From: Luteolibacter sp.
Lineage (GTDB): Bacteria; Verrucomicrobiota; Verrucomicrobiia; Verrucomicrobiales; Akkermansiaceae
NCBI GenBank assembly: GCA_044375585.1
Contig: JBILMI010000001.1
Span: forward strand, 1-57,367
Length of the DNA stretch: 57,367 nucleotides
Direction of reading: 5' to 3'
Made by a program: the position numbers and the translations under genes
Shown: positions 37,871-47,884 of the stretch, piece by piece
Numbering within the stretch: the first letter of the stretch is position 1
How the letters are laid out: each line of letters starts with the position of its first letter
The notes under the pieces: model-generated
What the model was told of the DNA's origin: nothing
Seen by the model: only the letters and a program-made list of their open reading frames with translations
Databases searched by the model: none

Positions 37871-39541
37871 TCAGGTGTATTTCAGCACTTCTTCAATAGT
37901 GGTTTTACCGAGGTAAATATTACGTAAACCATCTTCTCGGAGTGTGTTCATGCCTAGTTCGATGGCTTTTTGTTTGATAACGACAGTCGGAGCACGGTTT
38001 GTGATGAGTTCACGAATGGGTTCTGTAATGTTGAGTAGTTCGTAGAGACCGGCACGACCCCGGTAACCAGATTGACCGCAGATATCACAGCCTGCGCCCG
38101 TGTAGAATTGTTTATCTCCCAATTCGTGAGCAGAAACCCCAAGCTGGCTGAGGATAGACTCGCTGGGTTCGTACGGGCTGATGCAGTCTTTGCAAATGGT
38201 TCTAACTAGGCGTTGAGCTAAAACCCCTTCCAAGGATGCGGCGACAAGGAAAGGTTCGCAGCCCATGTCGATCAGACGTGTGATGGCTCCAGCGGAGTCG
38301 TTGGTGTGAAGTGTGGAAAGCACTAAGTGACCGGTGAGTGCTGCTTGGATGGCGATGGTTGCGGTTTCCTTGTCTCGCATTTCCCCGATCATGATGCGAT
38401 CTGGGTCTTGGCGAAGGAAGGCTCGCAATACGCGAGGAAAGTCCAATCCGATTGCTTCGTTGATAGGTATTTGGATGATGCCGTCAATGTCATATTCGAC
38501 CGGATCCTCGGCAGTAAGTAGTTTTGCATCAATGGTGTTGATGCGACGAAGTCCGGCGTAAAGAGTGGTGGTTTTACCTGCACCGGTTGGACCTGTAACG
38601 ATGAAGATTCCGTTAGGTTTCTCGATGGTATCTCCGATATATTCATAGATGCTTGGGGTTAGTCCAAGGTTCTCTAGGCTTAGGTTTACGGATGAACGAT
38701 CGAGAACCCTGAGCACGACGGATTCCCCGTGGTGAGTGGGCAGTGTGGAGACCCGCATATCGACTTGTTTTTCTCCGATCTGTTTCACGATGCGTCCATC
38801 TTGCGGGATGCGTCGCTCGGCAATGTTCATGTTTGCCATGACTTTAACCCGCGAGATGATAGGCAGGGCCAGGTGAACAGGAGGCGGTGCCATTTCGTAG
38901 AGAGCACCGTCCACACGATAGCGAATTTTGAAGTCTTTTTCAAATGGCTCAAAATGAATGTCGGAGGCTTTTTCTTTGATCGCCTGATAGAGAACAAGAT
39001 CGACATAGCGGACAATGGGTGCCGAGTTTGCTTCTGCCTCGGCGTTAGCCGCGTCAATTTCATCGGCGACTATATCGAGCTGGCTGAGAATATCATCCAT
39101 CGCTCGGCCCTCTCCGCCGTAGCATTCATTAATTTTAGCTTCAACGAGGTAGTCAGGTGCAACGACGACAATGATTTCACGGCCGAGGGTAAAACGTAAA
39201 TCCTCGATCGTTTGAGGATTAAGGGGGTCTACCAGAGCGATATGGAGTCCTTGGCCATCGAAATTGACAGGAAGGGCGCCGTGGAGGCGTGCAGTCCCAG
39301 CTGGGACGAGGTCGAGTAAAGCTTGGGGAGGGACCCAATTTTTAAGATCGATGGTATTCGCTCCAAGTTCTGTAGCGACGACTGGCCAGACATCGTCACG
39401 GTGTTGAATTACGCCGAAGTCGGCTAGGAGTTCGGGCACAGACTTTCCGCTATTTCCGACTTCGTCGAGGATTTCATCGGTGAGTGAAGTATCGATGAGG
39501 CCTCTCGATTGGAACAATTCTAGAAGTTGGCGATTATCCAT
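37871..39541 (-). CDS. GspE/PilB family ATPase (copy 2)
   Basis: ASDIHFEP, PQDGR, GPTGAGKTTT, EDPVEY, LRQDPD, GHLVLSTLH, two CxxC motifs. Confidence 0.93.
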   Translation of the reverse strand: MDNRQLLELFQSRGLIDTSLTDEILDEVGNSGKSVPELLADFGVIQHRDDVWPVVATELGANTIDLKNWVPPQALLDLVPAGTARLHGALPVNFDGQGLHIALVDPLNPQTIEDLRFTLGREIIVVVAPDYLVEAKINECYGGEGRAMDDILSQLDIVADEIDAANAEAEANSAPIVRYVDLVLYQAIKEKASDIHFEPFEKDFKIRYRVDGALYEMAPPPVHLALPIISRVKVMANMNIAERRIPQDGRIVKQIGEKQVDMRVSTLPTHHGESVVLRVLDRSSVNLSLENLGLTPSIYEYIGDTIEKPNGIFIVTGPTGAGKTTTLYAGLRRINTIDAKLLTAEDPVEYDIDGIIQIPINEAIGLDFPRVLRAFLRQDPDRIMIGEMRDKETATIAIQAALTGHLVLSTLHTNDSAGAITRLIDMGCEPFLVAASLEGVLAQRLVRTICKDCISPYEPSESILSQLGVSAHELGDKQFYTGAGCDICGQSGYRGRAGLYELLNITEPIRELITNRAPTVVIKQKAIELGMNTLREDGLRNIYLGKTTIEEVLKYT

Positions 39542-39582
39542 GGTTGGGTGTAGGCAGGACGATGAGTTTTTGTGAGTGGCGG

Positions 39583-41262
39583 TTAATCGAGGTCACCCAT
39601 GGTGGCATGAATGACTTCTTCAGCGGAAGTAACGCCGGCAAGGATTTTTCGGATGCCGTCTTCGCGGAGCGTGCGCATACCGAGTTCACGAGCGCGTCTT
39701 CTAAGTTGATTGGTGGATTGTTCCGTGTTGATCAGTGAGCGAACTTCATCATCGATGTTGAAAAGTTCGAAGATACCCATACGTCCACGGTAGCCGTTTC
39801 CACGGCATTTTTCGCATCCTGTTGGACCGAAAATGAATGAATCAGTAACTCGCGAGGCATCAATGTGGAGCGAGCGCATTTGTTTTTGGTTGAGTTCTGT
39901 AGGAGCTTTACAGATCGGGCATAGTTTGCGGACAAGGCGTTGGGCGAGAATAGAACGAACGGCGGAGGCAATAAGGAAAGGTTTGACTCCGATATCGGCG
40001 AGACGAGCGACAGCGGATGGTGCATCATTGGTATGAAGGGTAGAGAATACCAAGTGACCTGTTAGAGATGCATTGATTGCAATATTTGCAGTTTCGGCAT
40101 CTCGAATCTCTCCAATCATGATGATGTTAGGAGCTTGGCGAAGCATCGCGCGCAGGGCTGCGGCGAAGGTCATGCCGATTTCTGATTTAACCATGACTTG
40201 GTTGATGCCAGGTAGCTCATACTCAACAGGATCCTCAACGGTGATGATTTTTTTATCGGGTCGGTTGATGACGTTGAGACAGGCGTAAAGCGTAGTGGTT
40301 TTACCTGAGCCGGTAGGACCGGTGACTAGTATGATGCCGTCTGGTAATCCAAGTAATTTTTCGAATTGAGCTTGATCGTCTGAGAAGAATCCGAGTTCAG
40401 GTAAGCCTAGTAATAAAGCAGTTTTATCAAGAATACGCATGACGATGGATTCGCCATGATTTGAGGGAACGGATGAAACACGGAGATCAACTTCTTTCTC
40501 TCCCATTTTGAGTTGGATACGACCATCTTGTGGGAGTCGTTTTTCTGCAATCGACATCGTTCCGCTCATAACTTTGAGACGAGCGATGATCGAGGGGAGT
40601 AGTTTCTTTGGATGAGAATCCACATGTACTAATTTGCCATCAAGGCGGTAGCGGATGCGGACGGATGTTTCGAGAGGCTCGATATGAATATCGGATGCTT
40701 TTAAGCGAAATGCTTCGGTGAGTGTTTGTTGGACAAGGCGGATGACGGGTGCGTCACCGGCTTCGACTCCTGCTTCGCTATCTCCGGTAGAGATTTGAAA
40801 TTCATCACTGGTGGATTTATTTTTCTCTTCCTCGACGTGATAGAACTGCCTGAGGTGATTTTGAATATCTGTAGGAGTTGCGCAGGCAAAATTAAGTTCT
40901 CTGCCCGTGACGTGCGGTAAGCTATCGAGTGTTTCGAAGTTTAAAGGATCTGCGACAGCAACGGTTAGAAATGAGCCGTCATCAGCGATGGGAATAGCAC
41001 GATAACGTTGGACGATATCATCGGGAATTGCGGTGATGATCGAGGGGTCGAGAGTCAGTTGATGGATGGCTACAAATGGGACGCCAGCATTGCTGGCAAG
41101 AGTCTCGCTGACTTGTTCCTCGCTAACGCTTCCCGTTGCAATTAAGTGTTTGATGATGGTCGATCCGAGAGTGAGAACGGAGCGATTTTCATCAAGTTGT
41201 TGAGCGGTTAGAATGCCGGCATCGACGAGGAGATCGGCGAGATAATCTTCGTTGGAGAACAC
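39583..41262 (-). CDS. GspE/PilB family ATPase (copy 1)
   Basis: ASDIHIEP, PQDGR, GPTGSGKTTT, EDPVEY, GHLVFSTLH, two CxxC motifs; GTG start. Confidence 0.93.
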   Translation of the reverse strand: MFSNEDYLADLLVDAGILTAQQLDENRSVLTLGSTIIKHLIATGSVSEEQVSETLASNAGVPFVAIHQLTLDPSIITAIPDDIVQRYRAIPIADDGSFLTVAVADPLNFETLDSLPHVTGRELNFACATPTDIQNHLRQFYHVEEEKNKSTSDEFQISTGDSEAGVEAGDAPVIRLVQQTLTEAFRLKASDIHIEPLETSVRIRYRLDGKLVHVDSHPKKLLPSIIARLKVMSGTMSIAEKRLPQDGRIQLKMGEKEVDLRVSSVPSNHGESIVMRILDKTALLLGLPELGFFSDDQAQFEKLLGLPDGIILVTGPTGSGKTTTLYACLNVINRPDKKIITVEDPVEYELPGINQVMVKSEIGMTFAAALRAMLRQAPNIIMIGEIRDAETANIAINASLTGHLVFSTLHTNDAPSAVARLADIGVKPFLIASAVRSILAQRLVRKLCPICKAPTELNQKQMRSLHIDASRVTDSFIFGPTGCEKCRGNGYRGRMGIFELFNIDDEVRSLINTEQSTNQLRRRARELGMRTLREDGIRKILAGVTSAEEVIHATMGDLD

Positions 41263-41376
41263 TGGTTTTTAAAAAGAGGTTTTAATGGAAGTTAGCATAT
41301 TCCATGCTAAAGGGTTAGTTGGATGCGAAGATGGTCAAGTGAATTGACAGTGTCAATCAATCGAAACGATTTGATA

Positions 41377-42336
41377 TCATTTTAAATTCGTGAGATTTTG
41401 GGGAGATTGGCGAAGTGACATGAAATGGTCACAGGCGGCGAGAAGTTGATGGTCTTGGTTTTTTGTGAAGGGATTTATGAAATTGCTAAAGCTCTGGGGG
41501 GCTTCGTGTCGTAGTCGCGGTTGCCCCCATTCGATTAAATCAGTGAAATTTACATCTGCGGTGAGGTCTTGGAGTCCGGGGTTATGGTAAATGGCAGCGC
41601 CCTCGACTCTCTGTTGAAGTAGGTATCCACGCAGCGAGCCTTGAGGGCTGCGATGGTAAAGATTTTCCGCTAGGCTCCCGTAATCGATGGTTAGCATTTC
41701 TCCTCGATGCCATTGAGGTAACCATGACTGTAGCCACTTCTGATAGGACTCGTGGACTTCGACACGCTGGCCTATCGTTAAATTGCATTTGAAAATTGAG
41801 GATTCTGGCAATGATACGGGATCGATCAATATTTCTTGGGTCTGCCTATTGGAGTGAATCAATGCAATTTCTTGCCAGTTGGTCTGAGTTTTTTGAAACA
41901 AGCGGACAGGAAAGGCATCGACGAGTTCGTTAGAAAAAATTACGGCATTGCCACCGCAGGATGTCAGGGCTTCGTGAATCGTTGTGTGGAATGAAGCACG
42001 TTTTCTGAGAGTATTTTTTTGGTGGTTGAGTAAGGTGGATGAGGAGTCGACTAAGTGTAATTTAGTAGTGAAACGATGTGTTAGGGGGAGGTGGCGTAGG
42101 ATTTGTTTGGAAAGCGTGCCCATGCCAGGGCCGACCTCGATGAGGTTGCGAGTTTGGTGGAAACGCATAGCTTGAGATGCCCATGCTGCAATGGCTTTAG
42201 CGGGTGCATCGGAGAGTTGAGGGGCGGTGGTAAAATCACCGCGCTGGCCGATGGCACGAATGTTTTTTGAGTAATAGCCTCGTTCTGGATCATGCAGGCA
42301 ACGTTGCATGAATTGCTCAAAAGTTTCGTGAGACAT
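41377..42336 (-). CDS. SAM-dependent methyltransferase, MidA/NDUFAF7 (DUF185) family
   Basis: F.QFM..CL..PERGYY, GDFTTAP, EVGPGMG, NELVDAFP, IDYG, PG.QDLTADVNF. Confidence 0.9.
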   Translation of the reverse strand: MSHETFEQFMQRCLHDPERGYYSKNIRAIGQRGDFTTAPQLSDAPAKAIAAWASQAMRFHQTRNLIEVGPGMGTLSKQILRHLPLTHRFTTKLHLVDSSSTLLNHQKNTLRKRASFHTTIHEALTSCGGNAVIFSNELVDAFPVRLFQKTQTNWQEIALIHSNRQTQEILIDPVSLPESSIFKCNLTIGQRVEVHESYQKWLQSWLPQWHRGEMLTIDYGSLAENLYHRSPQGSLRGYLLQQRVEGAAIYHNPGLQDLTADVNFTDLIEWGQPRLRHEAPQSFSNFINPFTKNQDHQLLAACDHFMSLRQSPQNLTNLK

Positions 42337-42356
42337 GAATGAGGATTACGATTTAT

Positions 42357-42391
42357 AAAAAAGACCGCAACCCAAGAGGGAAGCGGTCTTT
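42357..42391 (-). terminator. Intrinsic terminator after rpsP
   Basis: AAAGACCGC...GCGGTCTTT stem with an A tract on the plus strand. Confidence 0.75.
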
Positions 42392-42431
42392 GAAAGAGAA
42401 ACTATATTTAAAAGCTTTGGTAAGCCTAGGA

Positions 42432-42683
42432 TTACTTGGTTGCAGCTGTGCGCGCTTTGCGGATGAAGCTGTTTACGGTCTCGGATGCTTTTGCGCCAAC
42501 CGCGAGCCATTTATCGGCTTTTTCAAGATCGATTTCGTAATTTGTACCTTCGATAAGTGGATTGTAGGTTCCAATTTGTTCGATATAGCGACCGTCGCGA
42601 CGCTTGCGGCTGTCGACGGCTACGATTTTGTAGTAAGGACGATCTTTGGTGCCCTTGCGGTTGAGACGGAGAGAGACTGACAT
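42432..42683 (-). CDS. rpsP: 30S ribosomal protein S16
   Basis: [11 protein letters not shown]...[24 protein letters not shown]. Confidence 0.97.
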   Translation of the reverse strand: MSVSLRLNRKGTKDRPYYKIVAVDSRKRRDGRYIEQIGTYNPLIEGTNYEIDLEKADKWLAVGAKASETVNSFIRKARTAATK

Positions 42684-42814
42684 GGTATAACGTGTTGGGG
42701 TTGCCCCTGTTGGGCGGGCGCGGAGGTTGGTGGAATTTACAGGTCAGGACAAGCGAAATTTTGCTAAGAATGCGAGTTTCTCGATAAAAACTGAAATAAA
42801 TTGCAAACAGCAAT

Positions 42815-42846
42815 AAAAAACCCAGCCGAAACGAATCGGCTGGGTT
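42815..42846 (-). terminator. Intrinsic terminator
   Basis: AAAAAACCCAGCCGA-AACGAA-TCGGCTGGGTT. Confidence 0.85.
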
Positions 42847-42871
42847 GATGAAAACTTGGAGGAATGTAGGA

Positions 42872-43303
42872 TTAGAAGGATTTACTGCGAACGTGGCTGT
42901 AGTAGCTCTCGAAGCCCAGTTCTGGTGGAAATTCTGAGAGGCCTTCATGCACGCTCATTTCAATGCGATTATCTTGGCCGCATTTTTCGTAAGGGGGTTT
43001 GAATGTGCCGCGGTAGGTAGGGCAAGTGAAGGTGAAAAGTTCGTAGAAGCCGTAACCGAGGCGCTTGAAAGCACGGTTAGTTCCATCGATAGCGCCATAA
43101 CTCCAGCCAGCTTTAGCGCCGTAGGTATCGGTTCTGCGAACCATCATCTCAGGAATTTCAATCACACCGTATAGTATATTGCCGATAGCGCGACCAAGTT
43201 TACGGGTTGATGTGTAGTGTGAACCGGGAGGAGATTGAATGTCAGCAGCGGCGAAGCCTGAGAGGGCTACAAGACTGGCAGTGATGAATAGAAGTTTTTT
43301 CAT
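42872..43303 (-). CDS. Exosortase system-associated protein, TIGR04073-like
   Basis: Signal peptide; DIQSPP...TRKLGRAIGNILYGVIEIP...G.YELFTF..P; start at ATG 43303. Confidence 0.7.
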   Translation of the reverse strand: MKKLLFITASLVALSGFAAADIQSPPGSHYTSTRKLGRAIGNILYGVIEIPEMMVRRTDTYGAKAGWSYGAIDGTNRAFKRLGYGFYELFTFTCPTYRGTFKPPYEKCGQDNRIEMSVHEGLSEFPPELGFESYYSHVRSKSF

Positions 43304-43392
43304 ACGGGCATTATCATAAAAAGGTGGAATGTCTGTTGGCAAGGAGAAGTTTGGGAATTTTACGGCAGATAATGGAAGATTTCTTTATGTTA

Positions 43393-44997
43393 TTAAAGAC
43401 TGATACCTGTCACGGAGGTGACGCCGGGGATAGCGCGGATGGATTCCATGACATCAGATGGCAGAGCCGCGTCCAGCTCGATGAGTGAGAGGGCATCGCT
43501 TTTCGATTTGTCGCGGGCGAGGGAGAAGTTGGCGATGTTCTGGCTGGCATTTCCGAGCACCGTGCCGACGGCGCCGACGATGCCGGGGCGGTCGTCATTG
43601 CGGACGATCAAGAGGTGCCCTTTGATCGGACTGTCTACGAAGAGGCGATCAATTTCCACGATGCGGGGGCTACGTCCGATAATCGTGCCAGCGACGCGGA
43701 ACTTAACGTCTCCTTTGCGGAGTTCGACGACGAGGAGATCGTTGAACTCGGTCTGTGCGCTGATGGTGGATTCCACGAGATCAAGACCCATGGCTTTCGC
43801 GATGGCGGGGGCGTTGACGAGGTTCACTTGGCCATCGGCACGCGAGCATGAGAGCAGGCGATAGAGGGCGGTGCGGGAGATGAGGCCAGTGTCCTTAGTG
43901 GCGAGGCCGCCGTGATAGGAGACGCGGATCGAGTCTGGGTTGGCTGGGCCGAGTTTTGCAAGCAGGGTGCCGAGAGCACCGGCGAGTTCGAGATAAGGGC
44001 CGATGGCGGTGAGCGCTGCGGCATCGAGCGAGGGCATGTTGATTGCGTTGCGAATTTCACCGGTGGTGAGGAAATCGCGAATCTGGATGGCGACTTCGAT
44101 TCCCACGTTTTCTTGGGCTTCATTGGTGGAGGCACCCAAGTGAGGGGTGAAAGCGATGTGTTTTTTTAGGCTGAACAGTGGATGATCTGCGGAAGGGGGC
44201 TCATCTTCGAATACGTCGAGTCCACATCCAGCGATGTGACCTGAATCGATGGCTTGCTTGAGAGCTACTTCATCGATAAGTCCGCCTCGTGCACAGTTGA
44301 TGATAATGGCACCTTTGTTCATGAGAGCGATGCGCTCTTTATTCATGAGGTGGTGGGTGTCATTAGTAAGGGGAACGTGGAGGGTGACAACATCGGCCCC
44401 AGTGAGGGCGATGTCTGGTGATTCTGCGAGGGTGACTTTGAGCTCGCGAGCGCGGGATTCTGTTAGGAATGGATCGTAGGCGACGACATCCATGTTGAAG
44501 GCTTGTGCCCGCTTGGTGAACTCCGTGCCAATGCGGCCCATGCCGATAACAGCAAGGCGCTTTCCATTGAGCTCAATGCCTTGAAAAGCTTTGCGGGCGG
44601 CCGCGAAATCTCCGGCAAGAACACCTGCGTGTGCTGGGCCGATGTTTCGTGCTGTGGAGAGCATGAGAGTGAAGGCGTGCTCGGCGGTGGAGATGGTGTT
44701 TCCCGAAGGTGTATTCATCACGATGACACCATGGTCGGTAGCGGCTTCACGGTCGATGTTATCGACGCCTACACCAGCGCGTCCGATGGCTTTGAGATTG
44801 GTTGCCGCAGCCAGTATGTCACGAGTCACTTTGGTTTGTGAGCGCACGACGAGGCCGTGATATTCACCAATTATTTTTTTGAGTTCATCGGGAGCGAGGC
44901 CAGTTATGACATCGACGGAAATGTTAGGAGTCGAGCGAAGAGCTTCTACACCTTTTTCGGAAATGGGATCGGAGACGAGGACTCGGTAATTGCTCAT
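43393..44997 (-). CDS. serA: D-3-phosphoglycerate dehydrogenase
   Basis: RAGVGVDNID, GMGRIG, NCARGG, TPHLGAST.EAQ; C-terminal ASB and ACT domains (DRPG). Confidence 0.96.
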   Translation of the reverse strand: MSNYRVLVSDPISEKGVEALRSTPNISVDVITGLAPDELKKIIGEYHGLVVRSQTKVTRDILAAATNLKAIGRAGVGVDNIDREAATDHGVIVMNTPSGNTISTAEHAFTLMLSTARNIGPAHAGVLAGDFAAARKAFQGIELNGKRLAVIGMGRIGTEFTKRAQAFNMDVVAYDPFLTESRARELKVTLAESPDIALTGADVVTLHVPLTNDTHHLMNKERIALMNKGAIIINCARGGLIDEVALKQAIDSGHIAGCGLDVFEDEPPSADHPLFSLKKHIAFTPHLGASTNEAQENVGIEVAIQIRDFLTTGEIRNAINMPSLDAAALTAIGPYLELAGALGTLLAKLGPANPDSIRVSYHGGLATKDTGLISRTALYRLLSCSRADGQVNLVNAPAIAKAMGLDLVESTISAQTEFNDLLVVELRKGDVKFRVAGTIIGRSPRIVEIDRLFVDSPIKGHLLIVRNDDRPGIVGAVGTVLGNASQNIANFSLARDKSKSDALSLIELDAALPSDVMESIRAIPGVTSVTGISL

Positions 44998-45092
44998 AGA
45001 GATGAGCTGTCGGTAGATGAGAAGCGGGTCGCATGCAAGCGGAAGTGAGTATGGATTTACAAAGAGATTGACTAGGGTGCTAGGGTTCCTAA

Positions 45093-46085
45093 GTGCTTCA
45101 CTGGTTTTCAGACGGAAAATTCCCTTTATATCTCGCGCCGATGGCGGGGGTAACGGATTTAATATTTCGGAGGATATGCAAAGAAATGGGCGCTGATGTG
45201 ATGGTCACCGAGTTTGTCAGTGCTGAGGGGATTATGCAGGCGGATGATAGAACGCGGAAATACACCGAATTTGATGAAGGACAGCGGCCGGTGGGAGTGC
45301 AGCTGTTTGGCGCGGATGGCGAGCGCATGGGAGAGGCGGCGCGGAAGATTATTGACAAAGGGCTAGCGGGAAGAATTCCGGATTTCATCGATATCAATTT
45401 TGGTTGTCCGGTGAACAAAGTGGTATCACGAAATGGTGGATCGTCACTGCTACGGGATTGTCCGCTGCTGGCGAGTGTGGCGCAGGGAGTGGCGCAAGCG
45501 GTAGGAATGGATGTGCCGGTGACCGCGAAAATCCGGATCGGCTGGGATGCGGATTCGGTGAATGCGGTGGAAGTAGCGAGGACTTTGGAAGATTGTGGGA
45601 TGCAAGCGATTGCGGTGCATGGTCGGACCCGAGCCCAGGGATATTCTGGAGAAGCCGACTGGGAAACGATTGACGCCGTAGCACGTGCAGTGACCATTCC
45701 TGTGATTGGCAACGGCGATATTTCGTGCGGTGAGGATTTAGCTAGACGTAAGCGTGAGACTGCGGTCAGTGGTGTCATGATCGGACGAGCCGCGATGCAG
45801 AATCCATGGGTATTTCGTGAGGCAAAGTATTTTTTAGAAACTGGCAACGTGATGGAAGTCGTGCCGCTAAAAGAGAGGTGGGAGCTGATTCTGCGACATT
45901 GTCGCATGGCAGTTGAAAGTCATCGATATGGAAATGAACGCCAAACATTAACCGCAATGCGCGGTCGATTGATGGCCTACTGCAAAGGGTTTCCGGGAGC
46001 GAAAGATTTGCGGCAGAGATTGTGTCAGGTGGATTCTATATCTGCGGTGGAGGGATTAGCGGAGATGTCCTTGGATATCAGTTAG
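45093..46085 (+). CDS. dusB: tRNA-dihydrouridine synthase B
   Basis: LAPMAGVTD, QLFG, DINFGCP, KIRIGWD, HGRT, GNGDI, GVMIGR. Confidence 0.9.
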   Translation: MLHWFSDGKFPLYLAPMAGVTDLIFRRICKEMGADVMVTEFVSAEGIMQADDRTRKYTEFDEGQRPVGVQLFGADGERMGEAARKIIDKGLAGRIPDFIDINFGCPVNKVVSRNGGSSLLRDCPLLASVAQGVAQAVGMDVPVTAKIRIGWDADSVNAVEVARTLEDCGMQAIAVHGRTRAQGYSGEADWETIDAVARAVTIPVIGNGDISCGEDLARRKRETAVSGVMIGRAAMQNPWVFREAKYFLETGNVMEVVPLKERWELILRHCRMAVESHRYGNERQTLTAMRGRLMAYCKGFPGAKDLRQRLCQVDSISAVEGLAEMSLDIS

Positions 46086-46138
46086 ATTTCTAGAACTGGC
46101 TTTTGAAGTTGCGATGCCTTTGCTTTTGAGGGAGGTAT

Positions 46139-47038
46139 ATGGCGATGAATAAACCGAGAGTAGGATTTGTGGGGGTTGGGCGCATGGGGGCGAATATGGC
46201 ACGCCGTCTGGCGGATATGGACTATGAAGTCACTGCGATCTTTGATCATTTTCATCAGGTGGCGGAATCGATCGCTGAAGAACTCGGAGCGAAGGCGATG
46301 ACATGTCTGGCCGATCTCACGGCGGCAGCGGATGTCATTTTCACGGTGGTGACTGATGATGCGGCGATGGAAGAGATTTTGCTCGGCGATCATTCGCTAT
46401 TAAAAGGTGCTGCGGGAAAAACATTCATTCACTGCGCAACGGTAAGCCCGGAAGCGCACATGAAAGCGGCACAGGCAGCAGCAAAAGTCGGTGCGAAAAC
46501 CTTGGCTGCGAGCATGGCGTCGTCGATCACGCAAGCACGCCAGGGTACTTTATATCTGATGATTGGTGGGGAAGAAGAGACGTTCAAAGCGCATGAAGCT
46601 TTACTCAAAGATATGTCGATCTCACTACGCTATGTCGGACCCGTGGAGAACGCGGCGCGGATCAAGGCGCTGGTCAATATGGTCATGAACATCAACACCG
46701 CGGGTCTTGCTGAAGGGCTTGGACTGGGAGCTGCTTTAGGTTTGGATTTAGATTTACTCAGAGAAATTTTTTCGCAAACGGGCGCAAATTCTCGCGTCTT
46801 GGAAACGGACAGCGACGATATGGTCGCGCGCGAGCATGATTGTTATTTTTCCGCATCACACGCTGCGAAGGATAGTGGGATTGCGAACGCGATTGCAAAT
46901 ACGGCCGGTGTGGATACTCCGCTATCGCGTGCGACCGAAGCGCAGTATCGAAAACTTATGGAAATCGGTTTGGGAGACTTGGATAAATCGGTGGTCGCTG
47001 AGCTGACTTTTCCAGGAAGAAACGGAAAAAATTTATAA
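46139..47038 (+). CDS. NAD(P)-dependent oxidoreductase, 3-hydroxyisobutyrate dehydrogenase family
   Basis: GFVGVGRMG Rossmann motif; catalytic K...N (IKALVN); KDS. Confidence 0.85.
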   Translation: MAMNKPRVGFVGVGRMGANMARRLADMDYEVTAIFDHFHQVAESIAEELGAKAMTCLADLTAAADVIFTVVTDDAAMEEILLGDHSLLKGAAGKTFIHCATVSPEAHMKAAQAAAKVGAKTLAASMASSITQARQGTLYLMIGGEEETFKAHEALLKDMSISLRYVGPVENAARIKALVNMVMNINTAGLAEGLGLGAALGLDLDLLREIFSQTGANSRVLETDSDDMVAREHDCYFSASHAAKDSGIANAIANTAGVDTPLSRATEAQYRKLMEIGLGDLDKSVVAELTFPGRNGKNL

Positions 47039-47041
47039 TCC

Positions 47042-47773
47042 ATGGAAACCAGTAGTCGAATTTTTAATAGTCTAGGTGAGCAGCTAGATATTGCTTTTCA
47101 TCACGGAAATCATCTGGGTGCGATGGTTGTGTTGGGGCATGGCGTGACGGGTAATAAAGATAGACCGTTGCTCGTGGCGATTGCGGAAGGCTTGGCTAAA
47201 AAAGGTTGGCCCTGCATTCGGTTTTCTTTTTCTGGAAATGGCGCTTCACAGGGAAAGTTTGAAGATTCAAACATCACTAAAGAGGTGAATGATTTGTGGT
47301 CGATTTTAAATATGGTGCATCAGGAAAAGAGGATTGCTTATATCGGTCACAGTATGGGTGCTGCGGTGGGTGTGAAAACGGCGGCGCGCGGCATGGCGAT
47401 TCAGTGCCTAATTTCACTGGCGGGCATGGTGAACACGGCAGGTTTTGTCGAGCGTGAGTTTGGCGATGTGGTGCCGGGAAAAGGTTTTATGTGGGATGAT
47501 GAGGATTGTCCGCTTTCTGAAAGCTACGTGAATGATTTAAAAGAAATCGGCAGTTTGTTGCCAGATGCAGCAAAGATCGAATGCCCATGGTTGCTCATTC
47601 ACGGAACGGAAGACGATGTGGTGCCGATTGCAGACAGTCAGCAGGCATTTGAGGTGGCGCGCTGCGAAAAAAAACTCATCGAGATTCCGGGAGCGGGACA
47701 CTCGTTTGATGCTGAATCTTATGGAGCGATTGTGGATAGAATCGATCTGTGGCTGAAGAAGAGTTTTGGGTAG
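47042..47773 (+). CDS. Alpha/beta hydrolase
   Basis: HG.TG, GHSMG nucleophile elbow, HGTEDDVVP, GAGHSF. Confidence 0.9.
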   Translation: METSSRIFNSLGEQLDIAFHHGNHLGAMVVLGHGVTGNKDRPLLVAIAEGLAKKGWPCIRFSFSGNGASQGKFEDSNITKEVNDLWSILNMVHQEKRIAYIGHSMGAAVGVKTAARGMAIQCLISLAGMVNTAGFVEREFGDVVPGKGFMWDDEDCPLSESYVNDLKEIGSLLPDAAKIECPWLLIHGTEDDVVPIADSQQAFEVARCEKKLIEIPGAGHSFDAESYGAIVDRIDLWLKKSFG

Positions 47774-47884
47774 AGAATTAGGTAGGGTGACATTGGCGTG
47801 GCACCGCGCGGAGCGAAACGTATTTAATTCTCCCAAGAAATATCCTATTTTTCCTCATTCCATGCGGCTGCCAAAAAAGAAGTT

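Noticed and set aside
45098-45907. 269-aa antisense ORF over dusB, and similar shadow ORFs over rpsA, gnd, serA, tuf and gspF
   Set aside because: They lie wholly opposite well-supported genes, show no recognisable motifs, and are expected from codon bias.
47781-47820. GTAG-initiated weak hairpin resembling a REP sequence
   Set aside because: Single, poorly paired copy; no second copy or RAYT gene in the window.
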